Shown: positions 57,143-64,000 of the stretch, piece by piece
How the letters are laid out: each line of letters opens with the position of its first letter
Numbering within the stretch: position 1 is the stretch's first letter
IMG/VR virus record: IMGVR_UViG_3300033156_000587
Location: 5,484-69,483 of that record
DNA: 64,000 bases
Direction: 5' to 3' (one strand)
Source of the DNA: a virus
Translations under genes and position numbers: made by a program
Notes under the pieces: model-generated
Seen by the model: only the letters and a program-made list of their open reading frames with translations
Told to the model about the DNA's origin: nothing
Databases searched by the model: none

Positions 57143-57391
57143 ATGTCTGACTTGCTAGACCTGGTTATCGCCCTTGGAGCTCTGTATCTTGCGCTGAAGG
57201 CCTTAGCTTCCGGCCCACCGAAGGATGTGATCACCTACGTTCTCGGTGCAATCCTCGGGCTCTTCATGATTTTCATCGTCTTCACCATCGCTGCCGAGAA
57301 CTTCACTGCGGCCTGTATGGAGAGCGCGAAATTCGCAAGCGTAGCGCCAGATCTTTGCACGTTCCTGGAAATGCTGGAGGCGTCACCATGA
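57143..57391 (+). CDS. Membrane protein
   Basis: Two TM helices; AGGAGG RBS. Confidence 0.5.
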   Translation: MSDLLDLVIALGALYLALKALASGPPKDVITYVLGAILGLFMIFIVFTIAAENFTAACMESAKFASVAPDLCTFLEMLEASP

Positions 57392-57564
57392 TCAAGGCCC
57401 TGATCACTGTGGCTGCGGTTATCGTGATACTTCAGTCTGCAAGAGAAGCTGCGGCATTCGATAGCAGCCAAGACCCCTCGCAGGAGAGATGCTCTCTGTG
57501 GCTCTGGACCCTGGCTGCTTTGTTCCTGATCGCAGCCTCTGTGCTTGCATTCGGAGAGTCGTGA
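57388..57564 (+). CDS. Small membrane protein
   Basis: Two hydrophobic helices; ATGA overlap. Confidence 0.45.
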   Translation: MIKALITVAAVIVILQSAREAAAFDSSQDPSQERCSLWLWTLAALFLIAASVLAFGES

Positions 57565-57565
57565 T

Positions 57566-58303
57566 ATGCAGATATCCTACTCTACGATCTCTCAGTACTT
57601 GATCTGTCCCAAGCGCGTGGAGTTCGATCTCAAGGGTGTGAAGACTCCGATGACCGTCCCGATGGCCTTGGGATCGATCTTTCACTACGCGATTAACGCG
57701 GTAATCAACGGGCGTGGCCCAAGGACCGCGGTCCTTGAGGCTGTAGCGAAGATCGAGTCCGGTGAGCCGTTGACCGAGAGCCCGTTTCGAGGGGAGTCTC
57801 GCTGGAACGGGGAGCTCGTGATCACACCCGGAGACGACAGGCCGCGTGATCTCGTCTCGTGGCTGACACATGCCGTGGATCTCACGGCTACAGCCCTGGG
57901 CCAAGGCGTGGTCATGGAGGTGCCCCTGAAGCGGGAGATGGAAGGGTTTACCCTTGTTGGCGTGGTTGATGCTTTCTGGAAGGGGCTCATCATTGATTTT
58001 AAGCTCGTAGGTCCCAGATCCCGAGGCGGCTCCAAGCTCCAAGCGGCTTGCTACGCGCTTTTATCCGGCGGCCCAACAAGGTTCCAATACTGGCTCGTCA
58101 GGAAGCGGGCGAGCCCGGAGTTGGAGCGTATAGACATGCCTGATACGGAGAGACAAGAGTTCTTGGATGCCGCTTTGGAGCATGTGATCATCCCTACTGC
58201 CGAGGCTATCAACCGAGGCTCGTTTCCCGCGAACCCGGACCATTTCTTATGCCAGCCTCGGTACTGCACTTACTGGAAATTCTGCCCGTTTGGAGGTGCC
58301 TGA
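57566..58303 (+). CDS. PD-(D/E)xK exonuclease (RecB/Cas4-like)
   Basis: SYSTISQY..CP, GSIFH, GVVD, IIDFK, QAACY, C..YC.YW.FC. Confidence 0.85.
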   Translation: MQISYSTISQYLICPKRVEFDLKGVKTPMTVPMALGSIFHYAINAVINGRGPRTAVLEAVAKIESGEPLTESPFRGESRWNGELVITPGDDRPRDLVSWLTHAVDLTATALGQGVVMEVPLKREMEGFTLVGVVDAFWKGLIIDFKLVGPRSRGGSKLQAACYALLSGGPTRFQYWLVRKRASPELERIDMPDTERQEFLDAALEHVIIPTAEAINRGSFPANPDHFLCQPRYCTYWKFCPFGGA

Positions 58304-58506
58304 TGGTCGTTTACTGTCCCGTCTGTTGGTCGGAAGACATCAAGATCGATGTTATCGGGGAAGTCCCGCCCAAGGATGCGATCTCTATGAACGAGTTGGG
58401 CAAGGTGAGGATCACCATGATCCTCGGCGTTAAGTCCATCCGCTACAGAGCTGAGTGCCAGAACTGCGGATATACGGTCGAATTCGAGTCACAGGAGTTC
58501 ATCTAA
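58303..58506 (+). CDS. Zn-ribbon protein
   Basis: CPVC...CQNCG. Confidence 0.6.
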   Translation: MVVYCPVCWSEDIKIDVIGEVPPKDAISMNELGKVRITMILGVKSIRYRAECQNCGYTVEFESQEFI

Positions 58507-58516
58507 GGAGGTCGAG

Positions 58517-59395
58517 ATGCCGGAGAAGAGTGAGAAGAAGGCCCAGATCGTCCTTCGACAGTTAGAGGAACAATGGAACCTTCCGTTCGACGCCGTCAGC
58601 CAACTCGTTCAGTCGGAACAACCGTTGAGCGAGAAGGGTATCAAGACTGTGATAAGCCTCGCGAAGATGCACATGCTCCCGCTGACGGGGATCAACGTGA
58701 TTAAGAACTCGCGAGGCCAGTTGTCCTTTTACGTCAACTCCCGTGGCATCCTGTGGCGACTGCATAACGACGAAAGAAAGCTTAAGAGCCACTCGCACAA
58801 AGTGGTTCACCTGCCGACGCCACAGGAGCCGTGGGTCCAGGTAGAGGCGACAGTCGAGTTTGAAGACGGTTCCAAGTTCACGAACGAGGCCTTCATCTAT
58901 TTTAAGTACGACGAGGAGACCGGCGAGTGGCTGGAACGGACTCGGCGTGGCGAGTGGAAACCGGTCAATCTCGGCGACAGGATCATGACCGCGATCACGA
59001 AGGCCAAGCGCCGTGCTGGTGTGGACGCGGTCGGCCTGGCTCTCCCGATCTTCGAGGATTACGTGGAGTATGCGGAAGGCGAAGTTATCGAGGGCTCTGC
59101 CAGGGTTGTCGAGGAACAGCCGCTTTTGCCGTCCGGAGAACCTCGAAACCTCGCCGAGCTTTTGGCGCGGGCGATGAGAGAGTTCGGTATGGATGCCGAG
59201 ACGGTCCAAAGGAAACTTGACAAGGACTTGAGTGAGATCGCATCGGACGTCAAGGCCGCATGGGAACAGCTACAGGAAGCCGTGAAGAACGAGCAACTCA
59301 TGGCGGAAGAGTTACGGCAAGAGGTTGAGAAACTCAGGGGGAAGTGGGAAGAGTTGAAAGAACGAGCGGAGGAAGCTGATAATCAGTCGGTATGA
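58517..59395 (+). CDS. ssDNA annealing protein (Rad52/Sak/RecT-like)
   Basis: YVNSRG, MTAITKAKRRA...AVG; adjacent to the exonuclease. Confidence 0.6.
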   Translation: MPEKSEKKAQIVLRQLEEQWNLPFDAVSQLVQSEQPLSEKGIKTVISLAKMHMLPLTGINVIKNSRGQLSFYVNSRGILWRLHNDERKLKSHSHKVVHLPTPQEPWVQVEATVEFEDGSKFTNEAFIYFKYDEETGEWLERTRRGEWKPVNLGDRIMTAITKAKRRAGVDAVGLALPIFEDYVEYAEGEVIEGSARVVEEQPLLPSGEPRNLAELLARAMREFGMDAETVQRKLDKDLSEIASDVKAAWEQLQEAVKNEQLMAEELRQEVEKLRGKWEELKERAEEADNQSV

Positions 59396-59433
59396 ACTCC
59401 TGGACTGCTGATCCTTGCCGGAGGGAGCACATT

Positions 59434-59763
59434 ATGACCGAGGAACAAGTCCGCGAGTTGATCGAATTTGTACTTCAGGTGGCGCCCTGGATGTGGGCCA
59501 TGGCAAAGCGGGAAGTTCTCCTAGACGCGATTCGGTTCGGCATTCTCACGCTGATTGCAGCTAGTGCTGCCGTTCTTCTCGTCTCCCGGGGCATTTCCGC
59601 ATATCACCTGCGAGAGGAAGATATCGCGGATCTGCTCTTCGTAGCAGGAATCGTGTCTGGCCTGCTCACGGTTGTATTCGGTCTGGTATTGCTTGGCTAT
59701 ATCGTGAATCCCGACCTTCGAGCATTGCGGGTGATCATTAAGCTGGCCGGAGGTGCCTTATGA
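59434..59763 (+). CDS. Membrane protein
   Basis: Two TM helices. Confidence 0.5.
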   Translation: MTEEQVRELIEFVLQVAPWMWAMAKREVLLDAIRFGILTLIAASAAVLLVSRGISAYHLREEDIADLLFVAGIVSGLLTVVFGLVLLGYIVNPDLRALRVIIKLAGGAL

Positions 59764-60038
59764 CGAAACTATCTCCGAGGAGGACATATTCACCACTTCT
59801 TTCCGAGATCCCAGTTGGCCCTGACTGGATCAGGCTCGTGAGTGATAACGAGGTGATGTGGATCAAAGTCTCCGCGATCGACTTCGTGTCCGTCTGGGAA
59901 ACGGAGGATCGCTTGGAAGACGGCGAGACCAGGAAAGTCCTGACCGGCGAGATCATCATCGGCGACCGGTTCGTCGCCATCCCGGATCCCGTCTTGGAGA
60001 ACGCTAAGAGGATCTTGTCTCGGATCATGCGAGATTAG
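59760..60038 (+). CDS. Hypothetical protein
   Basis: GGAGG RBS; ATGA overlap. Confidence 0.5.
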   Translation: MTKLSPRRTYSPLLSEIPVGPDWIRLVSDNEVMWIKVSAIDFVSVWETEDRLEDGETRKVLTGEIIIGDRFVAIPDPVLENAKRILSRIMRD

Positions 60039-60060
60039 CGCGTCTTCACTAAATTAGGAC

Positions 60061-60089
60061 TTGACAACCTAACAATCTTGTGTTATAAT
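60061..60089 (+). promoter_or_regulatory. Consensus sigma70 (early) promoter
   Basis: TTGACA-17 bp-TATAAT with extended TG. Confidence 0.85.
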
Positions 60090-60128
60090 TAAGCCAGAAA
60101 GACGAAAACAAAGACTAAGGAGTTTGAA

Positions 60129-60518
60129 ATGAATGTCAAGTCAGCTAAGAATGTTCTTGAGTTCGTCCACGTTCGAAGCCACGATCAGTTCGGCCGCCCC
60201 TGCCTGTTCCTGGTCCCAGGACATGAGGGGCGGCGATACGAAGTCTCCCTCGTCCGCAACAACGGCGCGATCCACACATACTGCCGACGTGACTCCGATC
60301 GCGCCTCTGACTGTCCCGGCTCCCTATACAACACATGCTACCACTCGATTGCGGCTGTCATGAAGGCCGCTCGGGTGGTAGGGCTCAAAACCGCTGTTTG
60401 CCGGGATGAGGCTTCCGCATACCGTGCCGCGAAGCTTCATCCCGGCGCCAACATTACCAAGGTCATCACTCACCCCTCCGGCAAGGAGTGGTGGGTGGTG
60501 ACTTGGGAGGATGGATGA
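60129..60518 (+). CDS. SWIM-like Zn-finger protein
   Basis: YEV...C...CP...CYHSIAA. Confidence 0.6.
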   Translation: MNVKSAKNVLEFVHVRSHDQFGRPCLFLVPGHEGRRYEVSLVRNNGAIHTYCRRDSDRASDCPGSLYNTCYHSIAAVMKAARVVGLKTAVCRDEASAYRAAKLHPGANITKVITHPSGKEWWVVTWEDG

Positions 60519-60850
60519 TGACCAAGTTCAGGATTTCGCCCTCCGGCTACATCGCTTGGGAGGAGTATCCGTCTGGCGATGTAGCCGGGATCTACATCTG
60601 GACCGAGGGAGCCCGGTATTACGGCGAGCCCATCCGGACCGGCCAACACTATGCCCTGCGTGGCCTCCGCACGTTTCGATCTCTCATGGAGGCACGAGCG
60701 GCTGAAATGCAGCGGCCGGTTCGTGTTTGGATCACCATAAAACATCCGGCTGTCCGAAAGGCGCTATACCGTGTCTTCGGACAGCCGACCAATTGGTGGT
60801 CCTTCATTGAGATTCAACCAGATGGAAGCATCCAGTGGAAGACGGTTTGA
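60515..60850 (+). CDS. Hypothetical protein
   Basis: GGGAGG RBS; early operon. Confidence 0.5.
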   Translation: MMTKFRISPSGYIAWEEYPSGDVAGIYIWTEGARYYGEPIRTGQHYALRGLRTFRSLMEARAAEMQRPVRVWITIKHPAVRKALYRVFGQPTNWWSFIEIQPDGSIQWKTV

Positions 60851-60862
60851 AAGGAGGTTGCC

Positions 60863-61237
60863 ATGACTAGGGTCATCCGAATTACACGCCATGAACCTGC
60901 AGTCGAACAAATCGAAGCATTGCAAACCATCTTCGGACCTGACGTAGATATTTCCACGGTCTCCGAGACACTTCCCAGCGAACCTCGCGAGGCCGTGAAG
61001 CGGTTCGATGAGCTCGCCAAAGACGCGGATGTCGTCGAGGCCGTTCTGCCGATCAACTTGTTGGAGGCCGTCCTCAAGTTCAGTGAGTTCTCCAAGCGCG
61101 GCGGTCTCTTGATCCGCGCCGTCATGAACCGTGAGGTCCGCGAGGACGGCAAGATCGAGTTCACCTTCGACCACTATGAAATTATCGAGAAGGTCGAAGT
61201 CGTGACCCAGCCCTTGAAACCGGAGGTCAAGGGATGA
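60863..61237 (+). CDS. Csx16-like (CARF-related) protein
   Basis: RITRH...EQ...DVVEAVLPINL. Confidence 0.45.
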   Translation: MTRVIRITRHEPAVEQIEALQTIFGPDVDISTVSETLPSEPREAVKRFDELAKDADVVEAVLPINLLEAVLKFSEFSKRGGLLIRAVMNREVREDGKIEFTFDHYEIIEKVEVVTQPLKPEVKG

Positions 61238-61512
61238 TCAGATTACGCTACATCGAAATCGATCGTAACCTGATGACGAAGCAAATCGTCTCCGAGGCGC
61301 TCCAGGATAGGAATGAGATCACCGAGATTAAGTGGCGCGTCTTGGAGCGCCTCGGAATCAAGCGGGACGGAGAGGCATCCCCCTTGTATGCATGGCTTAA
61401 AACCATGTGCCGCGAGAACGGCCTCCCCGAGACAATCCCGGTCCCACAGGAACTGACGGACGCTATCCTGAACGATCCAAATGCATACCGTTTCGTCTGG
61501 TGGCTCGCCTAA
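61234..61512 (+). CDS. Hypothetical protein
   Basis: GGAGG RBS; ATGA overlap. Confidence 0.5.
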   Translation: MIRLRYIEIDRNLMTKQIVSEALQDRNEITEIKWRVLERLGIKRDGEASPLYAWLKTMCRENGLPETIPVPQELTDAILNDPNAYRFVWWLA

Positions 61513-61524
61513 AGGAGGTGAAAT

Positions 61525-61851
61525 ATGGCAACCCTGAGGAAAATGCTCCGCGATGCCGGTTTCGACTGGGACTCGGGCCGGATTATCTACCAACGGTGCG
61601 AAGATAATTGCCCGCCAGGATGGAGTGGCCCGGTCGAGGCCAGAGAAATTGACTTCAACGATCCAATCTTGGACCAAGAATTCGATGATGGGTACGGAAG
61701 CCCAGAGATGCCTCGGTTCATCGCTGAGGACGATACGCGAATCTACTTCCCGGCTCAGTACGACGGCCTGACTTGGATCGAGACGGTCTATAAAGACATA
61801 GACGCGTACCTTGATCCGAATAACTCAACTCCGTACCCAGGAGGAGGTTGA
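61525..61851 (+). CDS. Conserved-looking phage hypothetical protein
   Basis: LDQEFDDGYG...IYFPAQYDG. Confidence 0.6.
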   Translation: MATLRKMLRDAGFDWDSGRIIYQRCEDNCPPGWSGPVEAREIDFNDPILDQEFDDGYGSPEMPRFIAEDDTRIYFPAQYDGLTWIETVYKDIDAYLDPNNSTPYPGGG

Positions 61852-62399
61852 TCATGAGAGGACACGAGTTCCTAGAGCTAAAGCGCCAGATCCAAAGCCT
61901 GTCCGATTCCACGGATCTCTCCATCGGCTTCAAGGATGCCTGTGTGCGGATCTATCAACGAAACTCGCCGCTCATCTCGCACCAGGGCGTCTCGTTCGCC
62001 AGCACCGCCGAGATCGTTCGGGAAGTCGGCGGTTACTGGTTCCGGAACGACGTCGCCACGGTCATCCTGTGCCCGGCTTACTCTGAACGGCTTCCAAAGA
62101 CCACTACAATCACAAAGAATGGGAGACCAGTGAAGGCCGAGCGCAGGGTCGAAACCGTGGCTGTATCACTCTTGGAGTCCCTATATGAGGCCGCTTCGTT
62201 CTACATGGGACTCCCGCGACATTCGGGCCGTCTCGTGAGCGTCGCCTTCTATGTGCCAATCCTCGCCAGGTATGATGAGGATGGCTCTCCCGTCTTCGAG
62301 AAAGGTGACGAGCGGGACCGACTCCCGATCGCTTGGTTCGATGATAGCAATAACATCCTGGCGATGATGGTAAAGGAGGAAGAAGGTGAGAGCAATTGA
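61848..62399 (+). CDS. Hypothetical protein
   Basis: AGGAGG RBS; operon packing. Confidence 0.5.
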   Translation: MIMRGHEFLELKRQIQSLSDSTDLSIGFKDACVRIYQRNSPLISHQGVSFASTAEIVREVGGYWFRNDVATVILCPAYSERLPKTTTITKNGRPVKAERRVETVAVSLLESLYEAASFYMGLPRHSGRLVSVAFYVPILARYDEDGSPVFEKGDERDRLPIAWFDDSNNILAMMVKEEEGESN

Positions 62400-62769
62400 C
62401 ATATCCAAGGTCATTGACTACACCGATCTCGGCGGCTCTTGCTTCAACGAGGAATCCATGGCACTCCTTCGGAAGCGAGGGTTGCTGGACTATGAGCCGA
62501 TGTCAGGCGTCGAGTTCGCTCCCGTGGACCTCGACGATAATGGCGGAGACCCGGACGGGAACGCGTGGCTGATCGCTGAGGACAGGGTCTACGCCGATTT
62601 CGATGCCGTCGCGAAAGCCCTAAAAGAGCTCGGCTGCGAAGAGGTCGAGGTCGAGTCCATTGATGCGGGCGCGGCCTATTACACTATTGCGGGCGCATTG
62701 TCCCAGACCGACGCCCGCTGGATAGGTTACTCGAAGGACTGCATCATTTATGTGGAGGTAGACCCATGA
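62386..62769 (+). CDS. Acidic hypothetical protein
   Basis: Operon packing. Confidence 0.5.
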   Translation: MRAIDISKVIDYTDLGGSCFNEESMALLRKRGLLDYEPMSGVEFAPVDLDDNGGDPDGNAWLIAEDRVYADFDAVAKALKELGCEEVEVESIDAGAAYYTIAGALSQTDARWIGYSKDCIIYVEVDP

Positions 62770-63035
62770 GGTTCGATAAGCGAAAGCTCCGTGCGATCAT
62801 AGCGGCCAGAGGGCTCTCTGGGGTCCCGGAACTCGCCAAGATGTGCGGCGTACACTACTCGACCATCTATCACGCCATGAATCACGGCAAGTTCCGGTCT
62901 GAACTCCTGGAGCGAATCTGTAAGGCGTTGCACTGCAACCCCATCGATATCCTTGATACCACTGGATACCCACCGCCGATCAATTTCTCGGAGCTGGGTA
63001 TCGAGGAAACGGACATCTTCCCAGGAGGTGAATGA
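62766..63035 (+). CDS. XRE/Cro-type HTH regulator
   Basis: ELAKMCGVHYSTI...LERICKALHCNPIDIL. Confidence 0.85.
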   Translation: MRFDKRKLRAIIAARGLSGVPELAKMCGVHYSTIYHAMNHGKFRSELLERICKALHCNPIDILDTTGYPPPINFSELGIEETDIFPGGE

Positions 63036-63532
63036 TGGGAGCGGACCTGTACATCGAGAGCGTCTTTAACCGGAAGTACGAGGCTCTCCGTCCCGAGCTG
63101 GACCGCCTCTCAAAAGCCATGTCCAAAGCCCGGGGGGAGGGCGATTACGAGCGAGCCGAGGAGATCCGCAAGGAGTACGCCACCTTGTGCGACGAGATTT
63201 GGACCGAAGAGAATGGGTATTTCCGCGACTCCTACAACGTCACATCCATCCTGTGGCGCCTCGGCTTGAGCTGGTGGACTGACATAGGCCCCATGCTGGA
63301 CGACGAGGGTTACCTGCACCCTAAGGAAATCCGGGAGCTCCTGGCTTACGTTGAGTCCACAGAGCTCAACTTACCCACTCGTGAGGAGCTAGAAGAGAAC
63401 TATGCAAAAGTGGATAACGACGAGAACTCGGTCGAGTCATGGCATCAGTACTACATCGAAAAGAAGGATCGCTTCGTTCGGTTCCTGAAGCGAGCGCTGG
63501 AGCTAAACGAGCCGATCCGATGCTCCATTTAG
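63032..63532 (+). CDS. Phage hypothetical protein
   Basis: MGADLY...YFRDSYN...LGLSWW. Confidence 0.6.
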   Translation: MMGADLYIESVFNRKYEALRPELDRLSKAMSKARGEGDYERAEEIRKEYATLCDEIWTEENGYFRDSYNVTSILWRLGLSWWTDIGPMLDDEGYLHPKEIRELLAYVESTELNLPTREELEENYAKVDNDENSVESWHQYYIEKKDRFVRFLKRALELNEPIRCSI

Positions 63533-63542
63533 AGGTGTTCAA

Positions 63543-63818
63543 ATGAGAAAAATTCCCTCGTCATATTTTGAGCAACACGGCTGTCACGACTGCCGCTGGT
63601 GCTTTGCTTACTATAACGAGGACTCGACCATAGCATATTACTGTAGCTTCGAGGCGCCGGACAGGCCACCATGCGGAAGTGCAGCTCTCGGCGAAGAATG
63701 GGATACCGCTGACGAACAGGGCTACGAAAGAGCCTGGTCTGCATGGGTAGACTGGGCCGACGGCAGACAAGTGAAGCCGTGGGGAATCTGCGCAAAGTGG
63801 AAGCTTAGCGAATCATAG
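63543..63818 (+). CDS. Cys-rich hypothetical protein
   Basis: CHDC...YC...GIC..W. Confidence 0.55.
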   Translation: MRKIPSSYFEQHGCHDCRWCFAYYNEDSTIAYYCSFEAPDRPPCGSAALGEEWDTADEQGYERAWSAWVDWADGRQVKPWGICAKWKLSES

Positions 63819-64000
63819 GCTCCTTCACGAGGAGGCCCAGTCGGTGAGTTTCCAAGCCTCGGCTGGGCCGTTCCTCTTTCTCCACGAACACCCGTACCGG
63901 GACCGGCCCCTTCATCCCGTGTTTCCTCGCGATCCTCCACTCAACATCCACAGCGAACCGCTTTCTCTTTAAAGCTGGGATGTCCCTCCTCGCTGCACAG

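Noticed and set aside
57566-58303. CRISPR adaptation Cas4
   Set aside because: Sits in a recombination module with an annealase and ERCC4 nuclease; no cas1 or cas2

Overview
This window is a large segment of a tailed dsDNA phage (siphovirus-like). The host is not determinable from sequence; Chloroflexota is only a guess from protein-family resemblances. 1-27.4 kb (minus strand): virion operon with tail fibres/spikes, tape measure, tail chaperone with a -1 frameshift, tail tube, neck, two glycosyltransferases, capsid and scaffold, headed by two large multi-enzyme fusion proteins (NUDIX/ligase/UDG/methylase/protease). 27.5-35.7 kb (plus): a nonulosonic-acid-type sugar biosynthesis operon, followed by a UvrD helicase on the minus strand. 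38.8-44.7 kb is an RNA-rich island: five Y-RNA-like elements (one a circularly permuted tRNA/Y chimera) directly upstream of a Ro60/TROVE gene, two further structured RNA candidates, and a Nop-domain (TasA-like) gene followed by a 9-unit TIGR-like dual-spacer array. After that come a RepA-type helicase, an amidoligase/GATase pair, a repeat-rich low-coding region, the terminase pair (no portal recognised in the window), and early/recombination genes including Csx15-like and Csx16-like candidate anti-type-III-CRISPR proteins. All protein calls come from motif recognition by eye; no database searches were run.
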